From Octopus sinensis (Eukaryota), in contig NC_043000.1 of NCBI RefSeq assembly GCF_006345805.1, positions 143,468,001-143,532,000 of the forward strand: a stretch of DNA of 64,000 nucleotides, written 5' to 3'. The position numbers and the translations under genes were made by a program. Below the pieces are notes generated by a model. The model was not told where the DNA came from. It ran no database searches and saw only the letters and a list, made by a program, of their open reading frames with translations. Of the stretch, positions 1-14,017 are shown piece after piece (position 1 is the first letter of the stretch; the number at the start of each line of letters is the position of its first letter).

Positions 1-1994
1 TCAAAACTCTCTCTTTTGAATCATTTACATATATGGTTTCTCAAATAAATTATGTATACATCTTTGAATTCTAAATTCGTAATATTTCTAGCATTTTTTC
101 GGCATATTAAGACGTTAGTGTTTCTATTTTATGTGTCTTTACATTCTTGTTGCAAATCTCTTCGCGTTTTTTTTTTGTCGATAAAATAAAGTAACGTTTC
201 TTTGTGGAGTCGGGTTCCAGACTAAACCGTTCCCTCAACATTGTTGGCCTTATCCCTGAATTAGAAATCGTTATATTCTACCATTGCTTCTTCATCTTCT
301 CTTTCTTTCATCCAGTATTCGCGCAAACACTTTCATAAATATATAATTATATCTTTTACTTTCTAATATCTTATAATTGTTTTTTCCCAAAATCCTTTCT
401 GATGTGTAACTTCTTCATGTCAGAATCATTCCTTAAACATGTTACTAGCTCCCATTTAGCAACGGCTCCTTCTCCTCTTTTCATTCTCCTCCCCTCCTCC
501 ATTTATTTCTCCTTCATCCACTATATCATTCCTTTTTTTTTTTTGTCACAGTTCTTCCTCTCAGCCTTTTCCCATTCTCTCTCGCCACTCCTCGTAATTA
601 TTTCATACTTCATATTCTGTTGTTTTCTCTATTTCCACTCTTGTTTCTTCATTCTTTTATTTCTGTCTACATAGCTATAATTCTTTATCCTTTGATTTTA
701 TTTTTACCTGCTTTCTTTCTACATTGTTTCAACCTAATAATCTTAGTCTGTATTTGTGTCAGTCTATTTATGTCCGCCTTGTGTGTTTTCTTCAGAATAC
801 TCATACGTCATCATTATCATCAAAACTGTCCTAGTCGTTGTTATCATCTTTCTGTTATTAACATAATTTCTTAGTATGACAGCATCATCATGTCTTCATT
901 ATAAAGAACACTAAAACAAATTTCATTTTTTTTTATCCTATTTCCCTCTGACTGATTTTCCCCTGACCATTTTATTATCTTCATCTGTCTTCCTACGTAT
1001 ATAACTTTTATCTCGTATCGCCCTCTAGTTTCACTATTTTCAAGACAAAATGTCGTCCCTGAGCATATTCATAACTATTCACACATTTCACACTTCTACT
1101 CTCGTCCACTGCCTTTCACCGCTACTCACTCTTTCTTCTTCTTTCCTTCTGTATGTCTTTTCTAATTCACCTCTTCTGTCTCTCTCTCTCTCTCTCTCTC
1201 TCTCCATCTCTACTTGTTTATGCACGTTATCCCACACCAGTTCGTTCTCATATTACCTTGTTGTTTCACTTATTCTATTGATTTCAATGTGACATTTTTC
1301 ATGTTACACAAGTTCAATATGGCTGACTGTAAGATTTTTACATTTTTATGAATTTATATATTTAATTATTTTTGTAATGAGTAATGACTGCTCGACCGCA
1401 GTGACTATTTCTTTATTTCAAACATACAAAAGATGAAGAGAGTGAACTAAGAGAGAAAACAAAAAGAAAAAAGGAAAAGAAAAAACATTGAGGTTATTAA
1501 CTATGGTCGACTATTCACGTTGTTATTGTTCTACCCGTTATTTTTTTCTTAATATTTACTTATTTTTATAAATTGATATTTTTTGTTCAGTAAATTAATG
1601 CTTTTTATTTAATTTATTTTTAGTTTAACAATTACCAAGCTAAAAAGTTTCCTTTCATTTGAAATCAATATTAGAAAAGGACAACAATTGCTTGAAAGTG
1701 TGGAAATAATTTTATGGATTTTTATAAATAGATTATTCATTATATATACACACATTTACACGCAGAGAGAATGTGTGTGAGAGTGACACAGACTTCATAC
1801 GTAGAGAAAAAAGAAAAGCGAGATACAGGAGATACAGACATTTACAAAGAAGAGCTAAAGGGAAGTCAAGAAAGAGAGAGAAAGAGAGCGGAACAACAAG
1901 AATATTTCGAGAAGATTATAAAGAATTTTATTGAAGTAAACAGATGCAGTGAACTCATAAAACTAAAGAGCAAATGCATACATACCTAGGTACA

Positions 1995-2011
1995 TGCATA
2001 TATACAGAAAC

Positions 2012-2042
<31 letters not shown>

Positions 2043-2074
2043 CATATCTATACGCATATATATGCGTGTATATT

Positions 2075-2134
<60 letters not shown>

Positions 2135-2167
2135 TACACACACATATATATATATATATATATTTAC

Positions 2168-2246
<79 letters not shown>

Positions 2247-2250
2247 ATAC
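1995..2250. repeat. (CA)n/(TA)n microsatellite
   Basis: Direct reading. Confidence 0.95.
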
Positions 2251-2488
2251 GCGTACGTACAGCAACATATATATGTATAAATAATTTACGGTGAAAGATG
2301 TAAGAATAGTCACCTAGATATACAACATGAATGAGAAGAGAGAGTAATAATTCTATGAGTGAAGTGTTTTTTTGGCGAGACTTGAAGTAATGGAGAAAGA
2401 GAGACAGGGGGAGCAGGAAAGAGAGGGGTACATAAAAAAATATAAATAGAACATAATTTTGATTTGAAAGAACGATATATTAAGAAAC

Positions 2489-2876
2489 GGAGGCGCAATG
2501 GCCCAGTGGACAGGGCAGCAGATTCGCGGTCATAGAATCGCGTTTTCGATTCCCAGACCGGGCGTTGTGAGTGTTTATTGAGCGAAAACACCTAAAAGCT
2601 CCACGAGGCTCCGGCAGGGGATGGTGGTGATCCCTGCTGTACTCTTTCACCACAACTTTCTCTCACTCTTGCTTCCTGTTTCTGTTGTACCTGTATTTCA
2701 AAGGGCCGGCCTTGTCGCTCTCTGTGTCACGCTGAATGTCCTCGAGAACTACGTTAAGGGTGCGCGTGTCTGTGGAGTGCTCAGCCACTTACACGTTAAT
2801 TTCACGAGCAGGCTGTTCCGTTGATTCGGATCAACTGGAACCCTCATCGTCGTAACCGACGGAGTGCTTCCATCCC
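2489..2876 (+). mobile_element. tRNA-derived SINE, family A, full length with TSD
   Basis: tRNA-like head GGAGGCGCAATGGCCCAGTGG (A box) ... GTTTTCGATTCC (B box). 12-bp TSD ATATTAAGAAAC at 2477-2488 and 2877-2888. Near-identical to the copies at 32088 and 49927. Confidence 0.9.
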
Positions 2877-3805
2877 ATATTAAGAAACAGTGATAGAAAG
2901 AAGTTGACAGAGAAGTAAATAAGAAGGATGTGTGCTTAACAAAGTTAGGTAGAAAGCGAAATGGGAAAACTCGCAGAAAATTAATTAATATGTGATCAGC
3001 TCCAGAGAAATTTATTTCAAAGGTAAATATAGTAAGAGAGAGATGGGAATAAATCACGTGAGACAGAGAGTGTGAATATGGAGCAGGGTTCATATGACAG
3101 CAAAACGATGAGAGACACAGACAGCAAATATAGTTTAAGGTTTTCTGAGACATGAGAGTGCAGATAGAAAGAAAATTGCTATAGAAGGAAATAGAGCTGC
3201 AGAAGAAATTTGAATTATTCCCAGACCAAAAATAAAATTTAAACCCCCCACCCCCACCCCCCAAAAAACTCTCCCGAATGGTTGCAATAGCCTGGATTTC
3301 GCTGAAAACATACACTGCCTAACTTTTAAACCCAGTACACCGATTTAATAATGACTGGCTATATGTATCTCTCAAGAAAAAATATGGGTGCTGTGAGGAA
3401 ATTATCTACAATATGAAACCACACCACTTTATTTACAAGCCAGGGGTTAGCCTGAGACCTTGGCATGAAACATTTGTACCAAAGCTCAAGCTTGAATGAA
3501 GCATCTGCGAGGGGAAATTCATAGTCGCACAGGAATAGCTGTATCTTTAACGTACCGCAATGCCTGTACCTTCAAGACACACAAGGTAGCCACAATTGGA
3601 CAATTAACCATACCACCCAGGAGCGATTGCCATACAAACCTTAAGTCATAAAACAAACTAACCATTTAATGAAGCATATTGTCTATGTTGAATCTGTATG
3701 TTTAAGCAAGTAGAAATTCCAAGAGCCGTATGTTCATCTTTCTGTTTGGTTTTCTTTTACGTCTGCTTGGATGTGCTTGCAAGTGTAGTTATGATTGTTT
3801 GTGTT

Positions 3806-3841
<36 letters not shown>

Positions 3842-4189
3842 AAAGGATAATGACGTATGGAGACGGTCATAGGTGTTTATAGACACTGTCTCATAAATGA
3901 TAATTCCATTATCATGAAATAGTAATTAAAAGGTTCATAGTGTATTTATGAAGTTTTGATAAATGCGGCTTCAAAACCAAAAGACCGAATACAATACAAA
4001 TAAAGAGTGTATTCACACGAGCATATATACCTATATAGACGTATATGAATATATTTGTTTGCGTGACTGTGAGTGTTATGTGAACTATGTACACAAAAAG
4101 ACGCAAAACGACTTTTGTTTAAATGTTATAACCCAATCTAGAATTAATATCATAATACTAACATTACTATTATCTTTGTTGTTTTTATT

Positions 4190-4310
4190 ATTCTTCTTCT
4201 TTTCATTCTTCTTCTTCTTCTTCTTCTTCTTCTTCTTCTTCTTCTTCTTCTTCTTCTATTATTATAATTATTATTATTATTATTATCATTATTATAATTA
4301 TTGTTGTTGC

Positions 4311-4350
<40 letters not shown>

Positions 4351-4369
4351 TTTGTTGCTATTATTATTA

Positions 4370-4400
<31 letters not shown>
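4190..4400. repeat. Compound (TTC)n(TTA)n(TTG)n microsatellite
   Basis: Direct reading. Confidence 0.95.
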
Positions 4401-4401
<1 letters not shown>

Positions 4402-5634
4402 AATATTAATATTGCGATTATTATTTATTGATGTTTTGTCGTAACACTTGTTTTTGCTGTTAACACTGTTATCACATTGATCATCAACAATTTCGAGAGC
4501 TGTATTTCATTTATAACAACAACAACAAAAACAACAACAACAAAAACAACAACAACAACAACAACAACAACAGCAGCAGCAACAACAATAATAATAATGG
4601 TGTGAATACCGTTTATGATAAATATTATTGTTGATATTATTATTGTTTATTTTATTAATCGTTTCTATTTAGCTATCAGTATCATTATTGATATTATTAT
4701 TATTATTACAGTTATAATAATTGTTATCAATATATATTTTTAGTACTATTATTATGTGTAGTAGTATCGCTACATTATTACATCCATCATTAATCATCGT
4801 ATATTCCACATCATCACTAACAACCTCATAATCATGGTCACCATTGACGTTGATTTTTCGATGTCATTATCAACATTGTTGTCATTATATTTATTTTTGT
4901 TTTCGTTGTTGCTACATTCAGATTGAGACAATAGAAAATGTGGCTAATTATTAAAGAACTTGAATTAACCATAGTCTCGCTTTTTAGCAGAAAAATGTTA
5001 TCTTTTAAGTAGAAGTATCAAATATTAAAGAACAAAGTAATGGAGTACTAATAGGAAGAAACAAAAACACACAAAAAGCATATAACAATCCAAAAAGAGA
5101 AAAAAAAAACAGACACATTTATGCTTTTAGAGAAATATTTTCAATACTAATGTCCGTCGTTCTTATTATTTGATTGGAAATATTATTGGGGACATTGTTT
5201 TAGCTCTGTATTGCTGTTTGCTTTTTTTTGTTTTGTGTATTTGTTATATCTTTTCTATTTTTTTTTATCTCTAATGAAATATAATGAAATCTGTTTTCCT
5301 TTATTAGTTTATATAAGTTTATTAACGTCTGCTATTATTGGGGGCCCCTATGAATGTATTTACGTTTGTGTTCGGGTAATAGGAGCAGTGCATATATACA
5401 TACGAAATTAACGTATGAACGTATAAATGTAATCATAATAGTAATCATATACACAAACTCAATATATACTGTGTATGTATATGTAAGCTTGTGTTTATAT
5501 ATTTCCGTAATTGCGTGTGTAATAATAGATATACAAATGGAGAGATATACATGGATACAGAAATATGGTTGTTTGAACAGGTTAAAAATCAAATTTCCGA
5601 AACACTATATTTGATCGCTCTAAATGGGGTATAT

Positions 5635-6023
5635 CCTTTCTACTAAAGCCACAATGCCTCAAATTTTAGGGACGGGGCTAGTCGATTAGATCGACCCCAG
5701 TACATAACTGGTTCTTAATTTATCGACCCCGAAATGAAGAAAGGCAAAGTCGAGCTCGGCGAAATTTGAACGTAGCGACGTACGAAATACCTATTTCTTT
5801 ACTACCCACAAGGGGCTAAACACGGAGAGGACAAACAAAGACAGACAAACGGATTAAGTCGATTATATCGACCCCAAGGCGTAACTGGTATTTATTTAAT
5901 CGACCCCGAAAAGATGAAAGGCAAAGTCGACCTCGGCGGAATTTGAACTCAGAACGTAGCGGCAGACGAAATACCGCTAAGCATTACGCCCGGCGTGCTA
6001 ACGTTTCTGCCAGCACGCCGCTT
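5635..6023 (-). mobile_element. Dimeric SINE, family C, with TSD
   Basis: Minus-strand tRNA-like head gcggcgtgctggcagaaacgttagc...gagttcaaattcc. The core ggtcgactttgcctttcatc...ggggtcgat is present twice. 10-bp TSD TGGGGTATAT at 5625-5634 and 6024-6033. Confidence 0.85.
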
Positions 6024-6749
6024 TGGGGTATATATCACCTACTATAAACCTTATGTTTGTTTATGTATACGTTGTAGGGCGAATTTGATGAGGGGAAGAA
6101 TTTCCTACAAAAGAATATGTGATATTCTGAGTCAAACTATCTTGTCATACTAATTCATTTCGCACCCATATCTTAAAATTCTGTTTAACAGACCAACGAA
6201 CGAGCGCGTATCCAGTCGCTCAGTCTTATAGAACTAGCATCACATCTTCTCAAGTCAATGTAACATCTTGAAAAGGAAAGGAGGGGTAAATATGGGATTG
6301 ATATTTCATTGATATAAAATGCCTGTCTCTGGGAAACCGTTATTATTGAAACACTAAGAGATCAATATGTACAAATGACTGTAAGATAACTCTGACCCAC
6401 GCTTATCATTTTACAATCAATTACATACAGAACATAGCAACGAAACAGAACACATCACTAATACACACACTCACACACACACATATACACAACGAATGAG
6501 CGCATACTATTGACGTAACGTTAAATTTTTTAGCACCTGTCTATTTCTCACACTCTCACTTATCCTCCTTTTTAATATCCATCATGCAGTGACTCTATGA
6601 CCATGCTACCAAATATATCTTATTCCCAGGGACAACACACACGCGCAAGTTTTCTGTTACATTTGCATACAACGAAATGATATAAAGAAAACCCGGGAAA
6701 GAGAATTTCAGAAAGATATTCCATAAGTACCATTTCTGTTTATAAATAA

Positions 6750-7172
6750 CTAGCAGTATCGCCCGGCGTTGCTCGGGTTTGTAAGGGAAATAACTATATA
6801 AGTATTTTTAGAGAGCTATAGCCAAAAAATAGCAAAAAAAAAATGCATTAAAAATGGAAAAAAAATGCATTAAAAATGGAAAAAAAATGATGGTAATTTT
6901 TTTTTTAAATCGTTGACTCATCGTAGACATTTTTAGAGAGTTACTTCCCTTATATAATAGCAAAAACAATGCATTAAAATGGAAAAAATTATGGTAATTT
7001 TTTTTTTAATCGTAGACTCATCGTAGACGCGCTAATACCCAGAAGGGCTCGATATGAATCACGACTATAAGATACCCGGTTTTGGTTAAACTGCACCGCA
7101 AAATGTGGGAGTAGTTAGGAATCTAAATCGTAGGAGACAGACAGCACATAACCTTACTTTTATATATAAAGA
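6750..7172 (-). mobile_element. Non-autonomous Helitron
   Basis: On the minus strand it starts A|TC (7173|7172) and ends CTAG|T (6750|6749). A GC-rich subterminal hairpin CCCGAGCAACGCCGGG (6777-6762) lies ~10 nt from the 3' end. No TSD. Second copy at 16049. Confidence 0.8.
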
Positions 7173-8687
7173 TCACCAAAAGTTTTGCAATGTCATATCG
7201 AACATGATGACAGTATGGTTTTGCTAAATTTCGTAAAATTACATATGAAATCCAGGTTCAAATGCATATAAGTGTCTAATAGCCAAGTAACTTAACTGTT
7301 TTAAATTCTAAGAATTATGCTGCTTTTCGGAAATAATCCTTTACGAATAACGGAAATGTGGAAATTAGTAAATATATTTATTTTACAAAACAAGAAATAT
7401 ATATGTCCCATAACGCTGTTAAGAAATTAGGGGATGCACTCATGACCTCTAGTTGTGCACCTCCAGGAACGTGTTTTGTTCATTCATTGCATTCAGCACT
7501 ATTGCTCTGTCAGACCATATTACACAGCATACCAAAAGGAATAATCATCTTCACATCCCTGAAGAATCATAGTATTTTGTGTAAAATAAGTTACCCTTTG
7601 CCAATCCCATCACTGTCACCCTATTATGTAAATTTCATTAGCGACAAACGAAATATCGTTGTTATTTTCACAAATTTACGTGACATGAATTTCCACAGCT
7701 GACAAAGTGTTATTTACGAGTTTCATTGGTTTGACATCCTAAGTTCATTTACAATTGTAGACATGGGTTATCATATATTTGTAAACACCGTAAGGAAATT
7801 CTATCACCGCGGTATTTATAAATCATATTACTAAACATTGAAATCATGTAAAACAAGATGCAATTATATTACACTTAGATGATGTATCGCTAAATCCCAT
7901 TATATCACAGGGCCATGCCATATGCAGCGCAGCAGTCGTGTTCAAATACTATATCCAATTATAAGCTACTATGATAAATCATAAATACCATTACGCCTTC
8001 AGTGAATTTGAAATCAAGTAAATCAACGTACGAGGACACGGTAATACAAGATAATATGGATTCAGTGAATTAAATCACGGTAAAACTCCAATTGACAGTA
8101 GTAGCATATATAATAGATAACACAAGTTCAGTGGGTGTAAGAGTATCAACATGATTCCGTAATGCTATTCACTACCCTTGCCTCGCTATTCAGGTGTCAA
8201 TATACATCTCGCATAGAATGTTTATCAATGATTAGTCGTTGAGCAGTTTTGATTAGATATCATTAAATTGGTCGTATTTAATGGCATTAGCGAACACCGC
8301 TCCATGGAGAGCAAGAAAGTGATGTCTCAGTTAACGACTGAATAAGAATTTACGTCCAAAGAGAAAATCTCATTAATATTTTTACTTTTAGCTTGACTCG
8401 TGGATATGATTGCTTATACTACATAGAAATGCAACGAAGATAGTCCAAATATTTGACATTCCCTACAGTGATTCAGTACGGCCGTTGATGATTGCACGAG
8501 GACAGTGATAAGTGACGTGTCGTGGTCATGGTTCTCGTAAATTTAATAAATGCTACGTATTAGCAAGTGACTGCAATAAGAATAAAACTTTGCTTGTAGG
8601 TTTAGCACTCGCTGTACAGTACTACCTATTCACCCGGAAACACATACATACATATGTGTGTACGTGGTGGTGGGGCGTGTAGAATAC

Positions 8688-8838
8688 AGGCGTAGCTGGG
8701 TGGTAAGAAGCTTACTTTCTAACCACATAGTTCTGAGTTCAGTGGCACCTTGAGCGAGTGTTTTCTAATATAGCCTCCAGCCCACCAAAGCCTTGTGAGT
8801 GGATTTGGTAGGGGGAAACAGAAAAAAAAAATCCGTTG

Positions 8839-8899
<61 letters not shown>

Positions 8900-8916
8900 A
8901 TATATATATACATATA

Positions 8917-8947
<31 letters not shown>

Positions 8948-8949
8948 GC

Positions 8950-8985
<36 letters not shown>

Positions 8986-9215
8986 GCATATATATATATG
9001 TGAATGTATGTATATATATACGTGTGTGTGTGTGTATGTGTGTTTTGTGTTTGTGTTTATCCCACCCACCATCACTGCACAACCGATGGTCGTGTGTTTA
9101 CGTCCCCTTGGCTTAGCTTAGTTCTGTCAAAGGGATCGATAGAATGAGCACTAGATTTACAAATAATAAGTCCTGGTGTCGATTTTTTCGTCAGAAGTCT
9201 CTTTAAAACAATGTT
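8688..9215 (+). mobile_element. tRNA-derived SINE, family B, diverged copy with internal (TA)n/(TG)n
   Basis: Head aggcgtagctgggtggtaagaagctt...ttctgagttcagt. Body ccaaagccttgtgagtggatttggtag and 3' part tgtttacgtcccc...aataagtcctgg align with the copies at 35752 and 46163. Confidence 0.8.
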
Positions 9216-10133
9216 CAATGTTGGTTCTACATATTTATGTATGTATCCATGTATATATGTATGTATGCCTGCATGTATATATGTATGAATGTAGGTATGT
9301 ATGTATGTATGCATGCATGTATGTATGTATGTGTTTCTGAATGAATAGTTAGCACCATAAAGTGAGTGCTATTGTTAGGGTTAACTAAACTTACACCATT
9401 GCTGCAGTCATGTTTTAGCATGCCTGAAGCAATTAAAAGAATAAAAAATATAAGAATATTTTGAGTATCATGGATACTAATACTTTCAGTATCTACACTT
9501 CAATTCCTGATCCATTTAAGATTAAGGATTCTGTTAAAAACGCCATTCACAACAGTTTCTGCAGCACAACAGTTTCCGTTTTATGCCATAAACCATATAG
9601 CTTCTGGGATATGGTAATAGAATGGTAACACGAATACAAGATTGACAGAATGAAATTGATAAAAAGAATCTTCTCTGTGAGCAATGTGGTTTAAGGCATT
9701 ATTCTGGAACTGCTTTGGTCGTGATATCAAGAGAAGATATTTGGCAAACTTCCTGTGTTTCCAGCACTATATCTCCAAAAGAAAACATTCCAATTACTTC
9801 AATGCGTTTACAAAGGTATACAGTGATTTCAAATATCTGTCTCTTACGAAAAATTGTTCGATGATAGGCGTATATTTTCACAACATATAACGTCTTGATA
9901 TACTGTACAACAACAATTTTTTGCAGCATAATATACTCGAAAAATTCTGACGTGGTCACGTATGCTTTTCATTCTTTCTGGTTCGATAAGTACCAGCCAA
10001 GTTGATGCAATTGTCTCACCCGCCTACTCAAATGCTATTGGTTCTGTTCTGGATCAGTGGCATATGAAAGACCATGCTTTTGTTCTGAATATTTATCAAC
10101 CCATCAATATATTCTAGCTGCTGGGAAAGCAGT

Positions 10134-10441
10134 TCATACAACATCGACGCATAGAGTTTTGTGGAAGATATGAATAACTATGATCTGGAAACCATCACTT
10201 GCCTCGACGAGGAAAGTACGAAAAGTGTCCTCGGGAAGATTTTGAGGCCAGGGATAGGGATTAATTTCCAGAAACTTTAAGCCTGGCAATTCAAGAATCG
10301 AGGATTGTTTGTATGGCCGTGCAGGTGAGCCTGCCTCTCTTCGATGGATTGTTGGCTTGCGATCTTCTATTGAAGAACTGGTATTGAAGATATATCTGAT
10401 CCGGCGTGAATCAAATTTATTGAAGAGAGCACCCATATTAC
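10134..10441 (-). CDS. Candidate terminal exon (about 101 aa, no recognised domain), phase-compatible with the Ig exon
   Basis: Acceptor gatttttctgttcctaacag|GT is phase 1, matching the phase-1 donor at 22717. The frame (G)NMGALFNKFDSRRIRY...KTLCVDVV is open to TGA at 10136-10134. The sequence is non-repetitive and richer in GC than its flanks. No homology recognised and no nearby polyA signal. Confidence 0.3.
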
Positions 10442-11589
10442 CTGTTAGGAACAGAAAAATCAATCGTCCACTCTTGTTAATACTTAAGTCGAAATATTTC
10501 AGTGGCGGATCTTTAAGGTGTTATTCAGTGTGCCAGAAATAGCAATCAAATTTCGTTGAAATCAAATATTAAAATCTTAATACAGTAGACAATATTGTGA
10601 CTGAAAGCAAAATACTTTGATGGTCATCACTTAGATCTGATAGAACCTGATCTAAGGCTAAATAACAGACATCATCGTTACGCCACTATTACAGCCATGG
10701 ACGTCGATGTTATGTAGAATGCTAGGTAAAGACGCAGAACCGCTAGAAATGGTGACTTTTATTAAAATAACTTCTTATTAAATAATATGCATAAAAAAGT
10801 TCAGAATTTATACTTAAGTCTTAGATACATTATTGCTGAGAAAATTAAGTTGTTTAGATCTGCAATGCTTTTGGGTATATGCCAGCTAAACCAGAACTGA
10901 CTTTAAAGCAAATCAGAAATAAAAGCAACCATGGTGACATGTTACAGTACAACCACCGTCACCAAAAGACGAGGAAACCAGCATTGTCTCAGCGACAATG
11001 ATCATCAAATCATTGGCAGGCATATATATATCCTAATGATCCTCATATTCACAAACCCAACAGAAACGACAATTGTATCATTTGTAATTACACCAACAGA
11101 AAAAAACAATAGCCGATTAATGCTACTTTTAGTTCATAAGAAACTGCATTTCATGGAAATTGATAATCTATTTGGAATTAAAACACATGCATCCCATACT
11201 AAAAATAAGTGGGTCAGGCAGACCTAATGTTACTATTTCGTTTCTAGTACCTTACCATAAACGCGTCTCCTTTTAATATTTTTGTAATCATTTTCGTTTC
11301 TATAGGAATTTATTCATAGCTAATACATTACTGTCACCCAAATTTATACTGCTGTCATCTGAGAGACAGTTTCCCTCTAAGAAAAAGGAAGCTACTTTCA
11401 AGATAATATGAATTAACTTCTCAAAATTAATCTAGAGGCTTAGGAGAAAATCTCATCATTGTTAGTAGGGCGGATAAAAGATATGCATGTTTCGGATTAT
11501 TGAATATCGTCTGCGAAGCCTACCCGAATTCAAATCTTATTGATCTTTTCTCAGAGATTTATGTGTGTGTGTGTTTCTTTGTGTGTATC

Positions 11590-11640
<51 letters not shown>

Positions 11641-11642
11641 GC

Positions 11643-11811
11643 ATACTTTATTAAAAAGGATAAACAATTTCACAAAAACTGTTACACAGAGTTTCACGTT
11701 CCTGTTCGTCGGACAGTTTTTGTAGAATTTTAACAAAACTGTCAGACGAACGGGAGCATAAAACTCTGAGTAACAGTTTTTGTGATGTTTTTGCTGCTTT
11801 TTAATAAAGCA
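11643..11811. repeat. Long imperfect palindrome (foldback/MITE-like or structured RNA)
   Basis: Arm 11671-11720 (cacaaaaactgttacacagagtttcacgttcctgttcgtcggacagtttt) pairs with 11735-11784, with four mismatches and two wobbles. Weaker pairing extends to ctttattaaaaag / ctttttaataaag. Confidence 0.85.
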
Positions 11812-11910
11812 TATTACTCCACCTCTGTTTTTCGTGTACTATTTACCCACATTGTTTTGCATTTATGTGATTATTCTGGTATATATATATATTATATATA
11901 TATATATATG

Positions 11911-11966
<56 letters not shown>

Positions 11967-12951
11967 ATACATACACACACAAAAGGATTTACGTAGAATT
12001 TTGGTGAAGCAAAACTTTTAGTAGATTCTTTTGTACATAGAAAATCTGTGACCCAACATCCTTTGCAAATTCTTTTTCTATATCTAAAGTATTTAGCCAA
12101 GATATTGGTCTAAGTTAACAGGTCTGCTAAAAAATATGGGATTCTAACCTAACCGTGTAAATTAATTTTGTGAATATAATTCACAATATATTGAAATTGT
12201 TTTCCTTTTCTTTTGAGAGAAAATTCTGTTAACTTCTATATTAATTGAAAATCTTTCTCCACTCTCTGTGCAAGTGCGTTCCAGTTTGCCTGTGAAGCTC
12301 AGACGTATTGAGCGAGCAAATAAGAAACAAACTGAAACATACATACATTCATGTATTCTTATATGTGTATGTGAGTGAACACGTGTGTATATGTATGCAT
12401 GTTTGTATGCATATATGCAAGCATGTATGTATGTATGTATGTATGTATGTATGTATGTATGTATGTATGTATGTATGTATGTATATCTGGATGTACTTGT
12501 ACTTCTGTGTGGTATTGTATATCTGCATATACATACGTACGTATGATATCTCAAGACAAAAATTTAAACTGATTTATGACACGTGGATGAGATTAGAAAT
12601 TAAATTACCTCCAGTACCTGATTGGTGCAGCATGATTTCAGTCACCAAATCGGTGCGACTTGAACTCGAATGCGAAAGAGCCGTAACTGAGTATCAGTAA
12701 GTATTTTATTCGGCTCTCTAATGATCTTACATTTCCGCTGCCCTCAGATAAGTTTATATTCATTAGAGTATGTGCAACTGAATTAGAGGTGTACGATGCG
12801 CAGAAAAGTATTTAATACCATTAACTGTATACAGTTGTAATAATGGAAATAAATATCAGTGGTTTCTGGCTGTATTTGCTAAATGTCAAATATGAATAAG
12901 CGATCTAAACTAGCTTATATGTGTACGTGTGTGTGCATGTGTGTACTATCG

Positions 12952-13011
<60 letters not shown>

Positions 13012-13652
13012 TATTTATATATATATTTGTTTAGTCGTTATATATATATTGTGTTTTGAAGAAAGGAAGATATCTCTGACCTCTCTTGAAGGACACTCCC
13101 TTCACATTTCGTTAATAGGTGGATAATTGCATTACTAACGCACTTAGATTTAAAGGGATTGCTCAAATACAGTTTACATCACTTGTGATGGTAACCTCTC
13201 TATCACTCTACTAATCACTTAAGCGCCTGATGTATTTATCAAAGTAATTTTTATTCTGTCTATGCTTTATAGTGATGGAAGCGCATAACACTGATGACCA
13301 TTGTAGTACAACATTATTCACCACTTCAAACAGGAAATTACTGAAACCAAATACATATTGCCTGTAATGTGATAATATAATGCAGTACGGTAATATACTA
13401 AAATGGTATAATAAAACTGTATATAATCAATTAATCATTACACACACGTACATGTATGCATGAATGCATTTATGTGTATGTATGTTTATTACTTTCAACC
13501 TGAAAACCAAGAGAAATGGCGAAAGAATGACGATGGGAACAATTAGAGAAATACAGCGGTTCCCATTGAATGGCTCTATGTATTTGGTAAAGTAATACTT
13601 TAAAAATAGAAAATATTTTCCCATTGAAACGGTTCTGTTATTTATTAAGTAC

Positions 13653-13684
<32 letters not shown>

Positions 13685-14017
13685 TATATGTAGAACATGT
13701 ATATATGTAAGTAAAAAAAATACAAAAAAACACACACAGAAACAAAAACAAAACTAAAGAAAATACCCCCGGAAACGTGTCATAGAAATATTCAACAGAG
13801 AACGAATTCTGCCTGCTAAAAACTAAAGATGAAAGCAAAATTTTATCTCCTACTTAAATCATTCCCATCACACTTTATTTTCCCCATCTTTTAGTTTTTT
13901 CACTAGAATAATATTTCTACAACTTTTATAGACTAGAAAGAAAAAAAGTAATATATCTCATAACTCGGTAATATTTATGTCTTTAATGCATATTCTTTTA
14001 CTTGTTCCATTATGATA

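Noticed and set aside
2489-2560. tRNA gene at SINE heads
   Set aside because: A/B boxes are present but run into a SINE body bounded by TSDs, and no complete cloverleaf is evident.
2621-2824. Recurrent ORF MVVIPAVLFHHNFLSLLLP (also 32219 and 50058)
   Set aside because: It recurs only because it lies inside the family A SINE; it is not a gene family.
3243-3261. C-run cluster as a G-quadruplex on the minus strand
   Set aside because: Only three G tracts, so it is not a canonical intramolecular G4.
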